62,534 bases of DNA from a virus (IMGVR_UViG_3300042987_002787:1-62534); one strand, 5' to 3'; positions 20,429 through 31,361 are shown, counted from the first letter of the stretch. Numbers and translations: made by a program. Notes: generated by a model not told the origin, from the letters alone.

Positions 20429-21361
20429 TTAACCACCAAGATTCTTAATTCTTTCTGCAAGTTGATCCAAGGCTGATGAAATAGTTGAGACATTACTGGT
20501 CCAATTTTGGTAGTTACCCATAGTGTATAGTTCCGCTCCAACATTTGCATCCAGCGTAGCTAGGTTTGATACAATCACTCCAAGATTAGCATCAATGTTT
20601 ATAATTGATGTGGCCTGGGTGGCTGCATTGGTATTAGCAAAAATCTGATATGCACCTACATTGGCATTAATTGAATCAATTGATGTGGCCTGGGTGGCTG
20701 CATTGGTATTAGCAAAAATCTGATATGCACCTACATTGGCATTAATTGAATCAATTGATGTGGCCTGGGTGGCTGCATTACTATTCAATGCTGCTAAGTT
20801 AGAAATATGACTAGATGCCAAGGAATTTAGTATTACTAGCGAATCGGCCTGTGCGGCTGCATTTGAATACAAAGTAGTTAAATCATTGGCTTGCGAAGCT
20901 GCATTTGCAGTTAGAGTTGATAACGTTGTTGCCTGCACGGCTGCATTGGCTGTCAATGAAACTAACTCAACACTCTGAGTAGCAGCATTCGCTGTCAAAG
21001 TATTTAAAGTTGTTGCTTGGGTGGCTGCGTTTGCTGTCAGTGAATCTAAGTTTGTTGCCTGTGTTGCAGCATTAGCAAATAAGGTGACTATATCGCCACT
21101 AGTGGCAGTAAGGTTAGCAAGAATTCCAACTAATGCAGATGTCAAAACGTTACCACCCAGACTAATAGTGCCAGGAGAACTAACTGTAATATTTCCTAAT
21201 GTTAGATTGCCACTCGCCGATAAAGCCACTGGATTTCCACCAGCAGTAGCGCCATCACCAACAAAAATCTGATTGGTATCTGTAATAAAAATAATTTCGC
21301 CGGCTGCAGGAGTAATTGAAGTTCTATTTGCTGCTAGCCCGCGTCGTATTTGTAAAGCCAT
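20429..21361 (-). CDS. coiled-coil fibre protein with Mtd-like N-terminus
   Basis: MALQIRRG...GE....DT....VGDG; NAATQA 14-residue repeats. Confidence 0.7.
   Translation of the reverse strand: MALQIRRGLAANRTSITPAAGEIIFITDTNQIFVGDGATAGGNPVALSASGNLTLGNITVSSPGTISLGGNVLTSALVGILANLTATSGDIVTLFANAATQATNLDSLTANAATQATTLNTLTANAATQSVELVSLTANAAVQATTLSTLTANAASQANDLTTLYSNAAAQADSLVILNSLASSHISNLAALNSNAATQATSIDSINANVGAYQIFANTNAATQATSIDSINANVGAYQIFANTNAATQATSIINIDANLGVIVSNLATLDANVGAELYTMGNYQNWTSNVSTISSALDQLAERIKNLGG
20603..20779. repeat. perfect 75-bp tandem repeat (about 2.3 copies) in fibre gene
   Basis: Identical units start at 20603, 20678 and 20753; encode NAATQATSIDSINANVGAYQIFANT. Confidence 0.9.
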
Positions 21362-21370
21362 TGTGTTCTC

Positions 21371-23065
21371 CTAAAACGTTCCTAAGTCAAGTGTGTAATT
21401 GATTGGTGCAGCAAATGTACCAAAGTCAAATGCTGGTGTTGAGTAATTAATTTGATTGCCATTTACTAACAAATTACCACTTTGTATTGTTAACGCAGCA
21501 CCCCCAATATAAATTGTATTACTGCTTACCCATAAATCTTTCCATTGTTTTGATTGACTACCAAGGCTATATGTGACATTAGCACTAGGTAATACATTGC
21601 TAGAAACTGCTTGTAAATTTGGTCCAGATGCTATAGCCAAATTCATTGCAATAATGTTTGCATTTATGGTGTTTATCGCTATTGCTTGGACAGTGGCATT
21701 GGCATTAGCATATAATTGGTACGAACCTAAATTAGCCTGTGTGGCAGCATTTATTGCATTAGCATATAATTGATATGCACCAAGATTAGCCGAAAACATT
21801 GGCAGATTAGGTATTTGTATATTAGCCCAAGTCTGGTACGCTCCAATATTCGCACTTAATGTGTTTAACGAAGCACCTTGTGTAGCTGCATTTGAAATTA
21901 AATTGTCAATAGCTTGAGCTTGTACAACTGCATTGGCTGTCAAGGACACCAGACTTGCTGCCTGTGACACAGTATTGGCATTTGCATAGATCTGATAAGC
22001 ACCAACATTGGCATTTAAAGAATCAATTGACACAGTTTGTGTGGCTGCGTTTGATTGTAAATTTGTAATATTGGTTGTAGCCGTTCCTAGGTTGGCATTT
22101 AGTGCGAAAAGAGTTGATCCTTGAGCTGCTGCGTTTGAAATTAGGTTATCTAATGATTGTGCTTGACCTACTGCATTTGCTAACAAACTTGATAAACTGC
22201 CGGCTTGACTGGCTGCGTTAGCATTTGCAAAAGTTTGATAAGCACCAATATTGGCGCTAATATTATCAAGAGATTGATGTTGTGAAACTGCGTTTGATAT
22301 TAATGTGGCTAAACTTGTAGCTTGTGTGACTGCATTTGCTGCTAAATCGGCCAAAGAGGTAGCCTGTGTAGCAGCATTGCTAATTAAACTGGTTAGTTCC
22401 GATGATTGTGCAGCAGCATTACTTACAAGCCCATTTATTGTGTTTTGTTGACTAGCGGCATTGCTCTGCAAACTAGTAATTGCTGCATTGGCAGCAATAA
22501 TATTGGCATTTATTAAAGCTATCTGAGTGGTTTTTGTGCCTACATTGGCTTCTAAGTTTTGTATTCTTGTGTTAGCAGCGGCCAAATTGGCATTGATTGA
22601 ATTGACATTTGCTAATACAGCATTACTACTAAGTGCGTTTGATATTGATGTATCAACATATGTAACAGTTGCTTTAGTTGCTGTAAGTGTGGTTATAGAT
22701 GTAGCTTGGGAAGCAGCATTTGCTTCCAGTGTTGTTATTCTTGCGTCATGACCGCTTATTACAGAATTGGCGGCAGTAATATTTGCCCGTAGCGAAGCGA
22801 TGTTGCTGTTAACTTGGGTTATATTCGAGGCTATTGCAGTATTTACGTAGGATTTGGCTGCGGCCTGAGTGACATCATTGACTGTCAAAGTCACATTACC
22901 AGTTCGACCTGCCACTGAGTAAACTTGTATATTTGCAGCCGTTATCTGTACATTACCACTATACAGTTCGGTGAAATTTTCGTTTATCTTTGTAAATGCG
23001 TCTCGTAACTGATCACCGGTACCATCACCGGCTACATTGCCTACCGTGACAAGTTGTTGTGCCAT
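21371..23065 (-). CDS. coiled-coil fibre protein (gp9/gp10-like N-terminus)
   Basis: GDGTGDQLRDAF.KINENFTELY; NAAxQ heptad repeats. Confidence 0.7.
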   Translation of the reverse strand: MAQQLVTVGNVAGDGTGDQLRDAFTKINENFTELYSGNVQITAANIQVYSVAGRTGNVTLTVNDVTQAAAKSYVNTAIASNITQVNSNIASLRANITAANSVISGHDARITTLEANAASQATSITTLTATKATVTYVDTSISNALSSNAVLANVNSINANLAAANTRIQNLEANVGTKTTQIALINANIIAANAAITSLQSNAASQQNTINGLVSNAAAQSSELTSLISNAATQATSLADLAANAVTQATSLATLISNAVSQHQSLDNISANIGAYQTFANANAASQAGSLSSLLANAVGQAQSLDNLISNAAAQGSTLFALNANLGTATTNITNLQSNAATQTVSIDSLNANVGAYQIYANANTVSQAASLVSLTANAVVQAQAIDNLISNAATQGASLNTLSANIGAYQTWANIQIPNLPMFSANLGAYQLYANAINAATQANLGSYQLYANANATVQAIAINTINANIIAMNLAIASGPNLQAVSSNVLPSANVTYSLGSQSKQWKDLWVSSNTIYIGGAALTIQSGNLLVNGNQINYSTPAFDFGTFAAPINYTLDLGTF

Positions 23066-23118
23066 AAATCATCCTATATACTAGGTATTTATGGCATTTG
23101 GGATTTATATAGTTTTGG

Positions 23119-23445
23119 TTAGTAAGGACTGAAACTGCTGCCGCAGCCACATGTGGTTTGTGCTTGTGGATTATCAATACTAAAGCTTGCGCCCATGGCA
23201 TCTTCTGTGTATTTTATTTTAGCTCCTTGTAGATACTGAGCACTCATTGAGTCAACTAGAAGTTTTACACCATCATATTCTAGATCAAAATCATCTTCAT
23301 TTTGCATTTCGTCAAACGTAAATCCATATTGAAATCCCGAACATCCTCCGCCTTGCACAAATACACGCAGTTTTAGATCTGGGTTTCCCTCTTCTGCTAT
23401 TAATTCTTTTAGTTTAACTACTGCTGATTCATTTAAATCAATCAT
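23119..23445 (-). CDS. erpA: iron-sulfur cluster insertion protein (A-type carrier)
   Basis: [15 protein letters not shown] and CGCGSSF. Confidence 0.92.
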   Translation of the reverse strand: MIDLNESAVVKLKELIAEEGNPDLKLRVFVQGGGCSGFQYGFTFDEMQNEDDFDLEYDGVKLLVDSMSAQYLQGAKIKYTEDAMGASFSIDNPQAQTTCGCGSSFSPY

Positions 23446-23993
23446 GCTCGATCTCCTGCATAAATTCTCCTGTTAACATAATCCCAGTTAATAATACGCC
23501 AAATGTTTTTAAGATATCGTTTCTTATCTGCGCCATAGTCATTGACCCAGGCGTGTTCCCACCAGTCTACTAACAAAGCTATATCATTGCGCTTTGCGTG
23601 ATTTTTGATTGTTTTTATTTTACCCTGGCGACTCAAATAAATCCAATTTGAGCCTTGAAGTTTCATGGCTTCTTCTTCAAAGTCCTTTTTAAAATCTGTA
23701 AAAGTGCCAAAGTGTCGATTTATTAACGCTAGACTTGCACCAGTGGGACTGTTACCGTTTTTAGGTGCTCTCAATTGAGGAAAAAATATATTGTGCAAGT
23801 ATGCGCCAGCTTCATTGAATGCAGCATCGCCCTCGCCCTTGTTATACCTATCTACGTATCCACGAGCTAGTTTACCATAATGATTTTCGATAGTAGTTTT
23901 GCTCATTACTGGAGCCAGCCCACCTTCGCTGTAAGGCAATTTTTTTAATTCTAGTTTTTTATCTTCTTCTAGCAGGTCAATTATGTTACGCAT
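23442..23993 (-). CDS. Fe/Mn superoxide dismutase-like protein
   Basis: LPY...L.P, NHYGK, LHNIFF, DWWEHA; all four metal ligands present, but the usual HH after GK is LA. Confidence 0.82.
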   Translation of the reverse strand: MRNIIDLLEEDKKLELKKLPYSEGGLAPVMSKTTIENHYGKLARGYVDRYNKGEGDAAFNEAGAYLHNIFFPQLRAPKNGNSPTGASLALINRHFGTFTDFKKDFEEEAMKLQGSNWIYLSRQGKIKTIKNHAKRNDIALLVDWWEHAWVNDYGADKKRYLKNIWRIINWDYVNRRIYAGDRA

Positions 23994-23997
23994 GTAT

Positions 23998-24216
23998 CTA
24001 TTTAGTGCGATAAACTATGCGACCTCTATGTAGATCATATGGACTCATTTCTATTTCTACACTGTCGCCAGCTAATATGCGTATATTATTTTGACGTAGC
24101 TTACCAGCAATGGTAGCTATAATTTGATGATTGTTATCTAATGTAACACGAAACATTGCACTCGGTAGTAATTCATCTACTACGCCAGTCATTCTAATTA
24201 AATCTTCTTTGCCCAC
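23998..24216 (-). CDS. infA: translation initiation factor IF-1
   Basis: KED.I...G.V.ELLP..MFRV.L; IRILAGD.V..EMSPYDL.RGRI.YR. Confidence 0.95.
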   Translation of the reverse strand: MGKEDLIRMTGVVDELLPSAMFRVTLDNNHQIIATIAGKLRQNNIRILAGDSVEIEMSPYDLHRGRIVYRTK

Positions 24217-24239
24217 ATATCCTCTTTTAAAGTACCTAT

Positions 24240-24617
24240 TTATCTACGCATTGAACTGATATCTTTGGCTTCTTGGTCCGTAAAGATAGGAACTGCATTG
24301 CTCTTGTGCATAGTGCCAATGCCTACAATGTTGTCGCCGGTATATTGCATTGGTTTACGAACAGTAACCGCACCTTGTACGCCTGTGTCTAAACTAGGAA
24401 TACGTGGCTTATCTGAATCACGACGCAAAGGTTTGGGTGCTACGAAACTTTTACGCTCAAATTTTATTTTAGACGACGGCGCATATTTGTCTTTAAGTTT
24501 TTGCCACTCTGACTCTAGCCACTCTGCTTGACGTTTTTGTTCAGCACTCGCAAATTTTTTCTTGCCCTTGCGTTTACCCGTTAGAGACAGCCAAGGACCT
24601 TCCATGTGCATACTCAT
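24240..24617 (-). CDS. hypothetical phage protein
   Basis: C-terminal [12 protein letters not shown]. Confidence 0.65.
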   Translation of the reverse strand: MSMHMEGPWLSLTGKRKGKKKFASAEQKRQAEWLESEWQKLKDKYAPSSKIKFERKSFVAPKPLRRDSDKPRIPSLDTGVQGAVTVRKPMQYTGDNIVGIGTMHKSNAVPIFTDQEAKDISSMRR

Positions 24618-24656
24618 AGTGTCACCTATAATTTAGTACAGAGTTGTATTATAGCA

Positions 24657-25016
24657 CTAAACGGATTTAGCGTCAACTGGATCCAAAATCTTAGTAATTG
24701 TTGCTTTTTCGTTAACGATTAGTATTTGATGCCTTGGATAGTAAAGTTGGATATTTTTTGCTGCATCGTCTTCGTTTAAACCTTGGCCTAGGAACTTGTT
24801 GTTTTTGCCATAAGCAAGAACCACATTGTGACCATTTTCTTCAACGTGTTCGAATCGTAGTGCAAGTACCTGCTTCTCTGCTTCCTTTAGCAATTCTGCT
24901 TCTTCTACGGCGTCGTTTATTTTATGTTTGAGTTGTTGCACAAATACCCAAGAACTTAAAAGTTGCCACATTAAGTAAAAGAAAACGGCCCAACCTAAAA
25001 TATCAAGAAAGTTCAT
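24657..25016 (-). CDS. hypothetical membrane-anchored protein
   Basis: N-terminal TM. Confidence 0.55.
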   Translation of the reverse strand: MNFLDILGWAVFFYLMWQLLSSWVFVQQLKHKINDAVEEAELLKEAEKQVLALRFEHVEENGHNVVLAYGKNNKFLGQGLNEDDAAKNIQLYYPRHQILIVNEKATITKILDPVDAKSV

Positions 25017-25017
25017 G

Positions 25018-25845
25018 TTATGTCCAAAGTGCTTGCCGAATTTTGATAAGACGAATCATCATTTCTTCGTCCTCTTGATTATACTTATCTTCTATTGCTT
25101 GTGTAGTGTCTAAGGCACGTGAGCTTGCCTCTCTTTCTTCGTCAGTGCGATCCTCAAAGTCTAAGAAATCTCGACCCTCATTACGGAACTTTTCGCAATA
25201 GTCGGACCACCCACCAGCATCATGTGGATCAGGACGGTTAGGATATATTTCTGTCCACCACTGATATAGAGCTAATATTTCTTTTGCAGTTTCAGCTTGC
25301 GGGCTAGACTTGTGCCTGTCGGGATGATCATCTGCTAACCAATCATTAGTAAGGCCCATTTGCCAAGCTAGGTTGTCAAGTCCAGCCTGTGGACAACGCC
25401 ATGTGCGCCAACGGAACCAACCAGTAGCCCAAAAAGGAGGGTTGTATTTCGCTCGGACTTCTTTGCCTTCCCAGGCAATATGCCACCAGGCTAGCTCCAC
25501 TTCAACAAAATCTCTAAGTTCATTAAACAGACATGGAAGAAACCTGCTGCCAAGATCACGCCACTCGCCGCGAGGAATGTCGCTTGGGCTAGCAGTAAGA
25601 GCATGGGTGCCAGTGACCCAACGATTGTTGATATAATATTTGAGATCATACAGTTTGTTGGGAATGTAGCAAAAAAATCGTTGTAGGTAATCAAGGCCTT
25701 CTTCGGCTAGCCAGTAACGGACGGGGTGAGCTTTGGCAGCAGCTTCATGCCATTCTCGCCAACCGCGGCTGGTAAGGGCACCCGGGCTAGCAGTGCCTCT
25801 AAGCCAGTCAGCAAACGGTCCAATTGTCCAGTAATGGTTACGCAT
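25018..25845 (-). CDS. hypothetical Trp-rich phage protein
   Basis: 275-aa ORF. Confidence 0.7.
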   Translation of the reverse strand: MRNHYWTIGPFADWLRGTASPGALTSRGWREWHEAAAKAHPVRYWLAEEGLDYLQRFFCYIPNKLYDLKYYINNRWVTGTHALTASPSDIPRGEWRDLGSRFLPCLFNELRDFVEVELAWWHIAWEGKEVRAKYNPPFWATGWFRWRTWRCPQAGLDNLAWQMGLTNDWLADDHPDRHKSSPQAETAKEILALYQWWTEIYPNRPDPHDAGGWSDYCEKFRNEGRDFLDFEDRTDEEREASSRALDTTQAIEDKYNQEDEEMMIRLIKIRQALWT

Positions 25846-25846
25846 A

Positions 25847-26047
25847 TCAACTAAAATGTTTGTTCAGAACTTCCAATTTATCTTCGTATTCAGCAATGTG
25901 AGCAATTTCCGCCTCCATTGCACTCATCCAATCAGTATGATCATGAATTGCAATAGGATTGTTTAACATCACTTCCACATTCATACGATGCTTTTGTATA
26001 TGGCTTTCAAAGTGTGCTCTAGCTGCATCTAATAGTTTCTGTCTCAT
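25847..26047 (-). CDS. hypothetical protein
   Basis: ORF starting MRQKLL with AGGA SD. Confidence 0.55.
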   Translation of the reverse strand: MRQKLLDAARAHFESHIQKHRMNVEVMLNNPIAIHDHTDWMSAMEAEIAHIAEYEDKLEVLNKHFS

Positions 26048-26063
26048 ATTATATCCTAAAAAG

Positions 26064-28817
26064 TTATTTAATGTCAAAATGTTTTTTAATTAGTGAAACT
26101 TCGGCATCTGCAGTCATCCTTTGCATATACCCTGGCACAAGATTATGCTCATTTTCCTTGATCAATCTACAACATTCTTGCACTATCGACTCAGCAAATC
26201 TACGGCCAGTACCACGCCAGATATCTGAATGATACACATTGAAGTTGGCTTGAGCGGCCAATTGCTCAAACTGATCCTCCATGTCTTTTATCAAGACTGT
26301 CTGATATTGTGCATCAAATTCAGGAAATTCACTCATTCTGCAACTCCAAAATGTCGTTTTATAGCACTACTACACTCTCGAGCAAATCTGGCATCATGGG
26401 CATCCTCGTGTAGAAAATGCCCACCTTCTACAACACCAACGCACTCCTGAACAATCAACTCAGCCAACATTTCCATACGATTCTGACAGTCTTCGGTGAT
26501 GTGTTTGTGTAACCCGTGATTACGCATTAGTTCTGCAAGTCGTTCTTTCACGATTCAACTCCAAAATGTTCTGCTACACGACAGATCCTATCAACTACTT
26601 CGGTCATTCTACCATCGCCAGGTTCGGGCAGGTCTCTTCCAAACACATCCATGCATTCCAACACAATCAATCCGGCAAATCGTTCAATAAATTGTTCTTG
26701 CGTATCCCAATTATCTGGGTCAGAATCTTCTCTAGCAGCCTTGATCCAACATTCTCGAATTCTTTCGTTCATTCTTCAACCCCACAGATATTTTATCATT
26801 GATGCCATAGCCAGCAAATAGGTTAGACCTTTACCGATTGTAAATAGACCTACCCACCACAATTCCATTTCATGTTCACTCATTTTAAATTATCCCTTCT
26901 CAATACAAGTGGTCCGAAGAATATTACCAGGATGCGGCTTATTCAGCAGCACCCAATTCTGAGCATTTTCACACGCCGATTTGGTACCAAATTCTTGCAT
27001 TGTAAAACCAAAAGGATATGATCCTGCGGACTGGAATGCTATAATAAGAATCCATTTCATTCTGTTACTCCAAAATGGTCTAATACATCAAGTGCCGACT
27101 TTGGTCCAACTCGTTTATGAACAACATCAGCACATTCTCTCACAATCAACTCGGCAAACTTTTTACAAAAGTCAGCATCAATATGCTTGTCCCCTGGAAT
27201 AGTTCGTCCAGCCTCTAGCATTAGTTCTTGAATTCGTTCGTTCATTTTCTGTCCTTCCACATTTCAATCGCCTGCTTCAATTGATCCATTTGATCAAGTC
27301 GAATATCATCCATAATACCCATACCAATATACTCTGAATTCATATTGCGTTCAGTCATCTTCCAGAGTATATCATATTGCTTCTGAAGTGTATTAATCAC
27401 CACATCATAATCTTCTGTCATAGTTTGAATGCTTTCTGATATAGTTGCAACTCTTTACTCGGTACCCATTCTTCCATATCCGAATCAGCAGTAGAGGAAA
27501 GACGCAGAAACGAATAATCTGTAAAATCAAACTTACCATTGTTTCTTACTACACGAACAAAAATATCACACGGGTTACCATCCTCATCTGTGCGTGGTCC
27601 TCTGACCAAAACGAATTCTGTGTTAGGTGTCATTCTTCAACTCCGAAATGTAATATACCACCATCACCGTTATCAAAGTGATTTTCTATACGCTGGGCAT
27701 AATGGTCACCTTCTTTGGTACCATCCATTACAGCCTTAACACATTCAAACACAATCAACTCGGCGAACTTTTGTTCAAACATTTCATTATAATACTTTGT
27801 AGACCATTCAGTAGGGTCTTGACTGTTTTCTACTTCCCCGAAAGCATACTGTCTAGCCTCAACGGCAAGTTTTTCAATTCGTTCGTTCATCTGGATCTTT
27901 CTCATAACAAGTTAAACATACAGCATCCGATCGTGGTCCCATGGTAGGACTAATAGCACCTTGACAATATCTACAAAGTATAAATGCCTGTGTGACTATA
28001 CTGCCTTTTGGAGATTCATACAATGAGTAGAATCCTTCTTCACGCTCAGTATAGCCGATTAGTTCTTGTTCGTTCATAGTCCAAGTCTTCCTAATATATT
28101 GCCCAACCACATCATTCCAACTCCAAGCATAATGGTGCCAACGATTAGTATTTTGATTTCAGTTCTATTCATTCTTCAACTCCGAAATGTTCAGCAATAA
28201 ATTGTTTCACAGTAATTGCACCCGATGCCTCAACATCACACTCATGAGTCACAAAACTCATCTCCGTAACCTCGCACATACGCATACATTCCCGAACAAT
28301 CAACTCAGCGAATTTTACAGGATCCAATTCACCACAAACATAGTCTCCACCATCTTCGATGACAATAGCCTGGTCATACAGTTCAGCAATTCGTTCGTTC
28401 ACGATTCAACTCCATATTCTGTATAAAGTTTACCCAACTCTGCTCGTACTCGTTCAGCCATTGGTCTATACTTGGCGGGATGGATAGGATGATATACCCA
28501 CTCCATACCACCCCATATCTTACTACTGTCCAATAGCCTATCTAAATCTGCTAGTAGTTGGAATCTAGGATCTGCCCACATGGCTTCAACTTTTTCGTTC
28601 ACGATTCAACTCCGAAATGTTCGGCTACACGACAGATGCGGTCAATCACTTCAGTCATTCTACCATCACCTGGTTCAGGCAAGTCTCGTCCAAACACATC
28701 CATACACTCCAAGACTACCAGTCCTGCTAATTTATTAGCAAAGTCAGCATCAATGTGTTTGTTGCCTGGAATAGTTTTTCCAGCCTCTATCATTAGTTCG
28801 GTAATTCGTTCGTTCAT
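26064..28817 (-). repeat. tandem array of paralogous mini-genes (MNERI...AELIVxEC...HFGVE family) with unrelated inserts
   Basis: Members include 26064-26336, 26333-26551, 26548-26772, 27057-27245, 27630-27890, 28169-28402, 28399-28602, 28599-28817; shared junction DNA. Confidence 0.85.
26890..27060 (-). CDS. small two-Cys protein (MKWILIIAF..., 56 aa)
   Basis: Manually translated; member of dispersed family (see findings). Confidence 0.55.
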   Translation of the reverse strand: MKWILIIAFQSAGSYPFGFTMQEFGTKSACENAQNWVLLNKPHPGNILRTTCIEKG

Positions 28818-29654
28818 TTAAACCTCCACATATTTAAGTTGAAACTGTTCGGCACGAGCTTCGTACCCATCGTAACCACGCGGATTGCAAACAACACGAG
28901 TAGTGCCAATCATGTAGTCAAAATCCTCGTGTGTGTGTCCATGCGTCCACAATCTAATTTGTCTACGATCCAAAATAAAATCATCTAAATTGGAACTATA
29001 AGCACCATTCATGACAATCTCGTTTTTGTATCTAGGATGAGTACTGGCCTTGCTTGGAGCATGATGGCCAACTACTACAACAGGCAAATCAGGATGTTGT
29101 TCTAAAACTGCATCCAATCCACGCTTAAACTCATAATGATCCTCTACTGCATCTTCGGGCATGAGTACCTTCTTGCCTTCTTCGCTGGTATTTTTGATGC
29201 AATTAAAGTCATTCATCATCATACGAATACGATGCATTGTCATAGGATCTTCGCCGTTCATATTGGTCCACAATGTACCACCGTAGAACAATATACCATC
29301 AATGATTCGCCATTCTTTGTCCAAAAAATACACATTAGATAAAGGTTCAAATGCTTGGCGAATTGTTTTAGCACTAGTAGCAAAGTCACCATGATAGTGT
29401 TCATGATTGCCCATGATAAGAACTACATGCGGAAATCTTTCTGCGCAACGACTAACAAAATTGACATATCGTTCTGCACGGGCACGAGCAGTGGCAGTCA
29501 CGGCCACCACACCCGAATCATCATACATAAAGTCGCGCAACTCAGCTGCAATGAAAATATCGCCGCCCAGAACTAGAACATCAGCACCTTCGGTGTTCTC
29601 TAGTTCTAGGTCTCCAAACTCTAAGTGGAGGTCTGAGCAAACTGCGATTTTCAT
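28818..29654 (-). CDS. calcineurin-like metallophosphoesterase
   Basis: SDLH, GGDI, GNHE, HHAP, HGHTH. Confidence 0.88.
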   Translation of the reverse strand: MKIAVCSDLHLEFGDLELENTEGADVLVLGGDIFIAAELRDFMYDDSGVVAVTATARARAERYVNFVSRCAERFPHVVLIMGNHEHYHGDFATSAKTIRQAFEPLSNVYFLDKEWRIIDGILFYGGTLWTNMNGEDPMTMHRIRMMMNDFNCIKNTSEEGKKVLMPEDAVEDHYEFKRGLDAVLEQHPDLPVVVVGHHAPSKASTHPRYKNEIVMNGAYSSNLDDFILDRRQIRLWTHGHTHEDFDYMIGTTRVVCNPRGYDGYEARAEQFQLKYVEV

Positions 29655-29882
29655 ATTACGTCCATTTCAGTGCAAAAAGTGTTGCTTGATCCTTCCGTTC
29701 AAATGTAAATTCATACATATTGCCCGGAAAATTGTGCTGTATAATGTAACCACCTGTACCAAATTCTTGACTGGCCCAAACGATTGCATCATATGCTTTT
29801 GTGTTAGGAATAGTAATTTTATTCATACACGTAGTATAGCATAAAAATCATTAAGTGTCTATAAATATCCAAAAGGATCCGT

Positions 29883-30080
29883 ATGTGGTTATTATTAATT
29901 ATTGTACTTAGCTCAGAACCACCATATAACCATAGAGGTACAGTTCAAAACTTTTACATTTCCGAAAGTGAATGTAGAACCGAACTGTCCAAAGCAACCC
30001 AGGCATTATACTTAAAAGGTACACAAGTCACAGGTAGTTGTGAATTTAGAGAATATTTAACACCTAAGCGGACCTTTTAA
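29883..30080 (+). CDS. small two-Cys protein
   Basis: TAAATA and AAGGA upstream; MWLLLII N-terminus. Confidence 0.6.
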   Translation: MWLLLIIVLSSEPPYNHRGTVQNFYISESECRTELSKATQALYLKGTQVTGSCEFREYLTPKRTF

Positions 30081-30290
30081 ATGAAAACACATATTGCATC
30101 ATTACTAGAAAAATTTGCTTCTGTAACCAAATATCAACCAGCAGATAACGATAAACAGATACAAGCGATAGCATTACTGGTTGCACTTGATATTTTAAAA
30201 ACCATATTACATGATAAAAGCTTAGGTGCAGCCAGAATCGACTTAATCAAACGCATAGCAGCCACTTATGAAATAGAAATGCCACTTTAA
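30081..30290 (+). CDS. hypothetical protein
   Basis: Abuts previous gene. Confidence 0.5.
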   Translation: MKTHIASLLEKFASVTKYQPADNDKQIQAIALLVALDILKTILHDKSLGAARIDLIKRIAATYEIEMPL

Positions 30291-30652
30291 CTTTTTTTAA
30301 GAATATTAAATACCTTTTGTTTTTCCAGTAACTGGCGTTCTAGTTCAACATATCGTTGTCTAAGTTCGGCCAATTCTAACCATTCCTTTTCCAAATCTGG
30401 ATTTGGTTTCAATATACTCAATCTAGCTTCAATACTTTCGAACCATTCACGCATATCCCTGTCTTGCCAGGTAATATTACCTTCAAATACAGCATCTCCC
30501 TGCACATGGATTTTCGCTGCTTTTTGAGTCAAACTTGGTCCTGTCCAGGTATAATCTGCATTCGTGCCAAATACCGAATAGGTGCCACCCGAGCCACCAA
30601 TAATAGCATTACCGTATGTTGCTGGATTGAGTGGATCGTATTGACTGCTCAT
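30287..30652 (-). CDS. hypothetical protein
   Basis: ORF with C-terminal coiled coil. Confidence 0.6.
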   Translation of the reverse strand: MSSQYDPLNPATYGNAIIGGSGGTYSVFGTNADYTWTGPSLTQKAAKIHVQGDAVFEGNITWQDRDMREWFESIEARLSILKPNPDLEKEWLELAELRQRYVELERQLLEKQKVFNILKKS

Positions 30653-30858
30653 TTGATCTTGACCATGCTATTTTTTCTAATCCAGTTCACTCTACGATGC
30701 GGATCCGACTCACGCCACACGCCGATAAATGGTTCGCCGTCGATATCTTTTTCGTAGATGTTACTAGTGGTGAAAACTTCACCTGTTCGCAAATTTTTAA
30801 CTCGATAAATTTTTTCAGGTTTACGCATATAGACCTCACTTGTATATTTTAGCTTCAC
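30649..30858 (-). CDS. hypothetical protein
   Basis: Coupled ORF. Confidence 0.5.
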   Translation of the reverse strand: MKLKYTSEVYMRKPEKIYRVKNLRTGEVFTTSNIYEKDIDGEPFIGVWRESDPHRRVNWIRKNSMVKIK

Positions 30859-30876
30859 TTAACGACTATGTCAACA

Positions 30877-30898
30877 AAAAACGGGCCGAAGCCCGTTT
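30877..30898 (-). terminator. intrinsic terminator after the last tRNA
   Basis: AAACGGGC-TTCG-GCCCGTTTTTT on the minus strand. Confidence 0.8.
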
Positions 30899-30904
30899 CA
30901 AATT

Positions 30905-30981
30905 TGGTTGCGGAGAACAGGAATCGAACCTGATGTCTTTAGCTTATGAGACTAACGAGTAAACCGTTTCTCCCCTCCGCC
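30905..30981 (-). tRNA. tRNA-Met(CAT), 1:72 mismatch (initiator-like)
   Basis: Cloverleaf, CT-CAT-AA loop, TTCGA, CCA. Confidence 0.85.
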
Positions 30982-31064
30982 ATTATTTTATCTAAAACGT
31001 TTTAGCAACTGTTTAAAACGCCATTTAATGTAATATGGAATTTCACGCAATGGTATCGGAAACA

Positions 31065-31256
31065 TTATGCCGTATCCTTGTTTGTGTATTCTTTCATGTA
31101 GAAAAATACTTCATCTACTGCAATGGCTAACCATCCGCAAAAAGCGGTGATGTTAGCATGCACTGCCGGCATGTTGTCGGCACCGTATGCGACCACTGCA
31201 TTGAATGCTACTGCCAAAACTACAAAAATTGGAACGCCTACTCTAAGATATCTCAT
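31065..31256 (-). CDS. small membrane protein
   Basis: Two hydrophobic segments, AAGGA SD. Confidence 0.5.
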   Translation of the reverse strand: MRYLRVGVPIFVVLAVAFNAVVAYGADNMPAVHANITAFCGWLAIAVDEVFFYMKEYTNKDTA

Positions 31257-31278
31257 TTTTGAATTCCTTAAAAATTGT

Positions 31279-31352
31279 TGGCTCCGGTGGAGAGAATCGA
31301 ACTCCCACTAACGGTTTTGGAGACCGCCGCACTGCCATTATACTACACCGGA
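31279..31352 (-). tRNA. tRNA-Trp(CCA)
   Basis: Cloverleaf, CT-CCA-AA, CCA end. Confidence 0.92.
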
Positions 31353-31361
31353 ATCATTGCT

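Noticed and set aside
20603-20779. Fibre repeat as a diversity-generating retroelement TR/VR pair
   Set aside because: The copies are identical, tandem and in-frame, with no adenine-specific differences, and there is no reverse transcriptase in the window
1420-22751. Numerous short plus-strand ORFs within long minus-strand genes
   Set aside because: Antisense shadows of well-supported genes, with no motifs or SD
26330-28620. Recurring ~25-bp junction repeats as a CRISPR array
   Set aside because: Spacing is irregular (about 200-570 bp), the repeats are degenerate and encode protein termini, and no cas genes are visible
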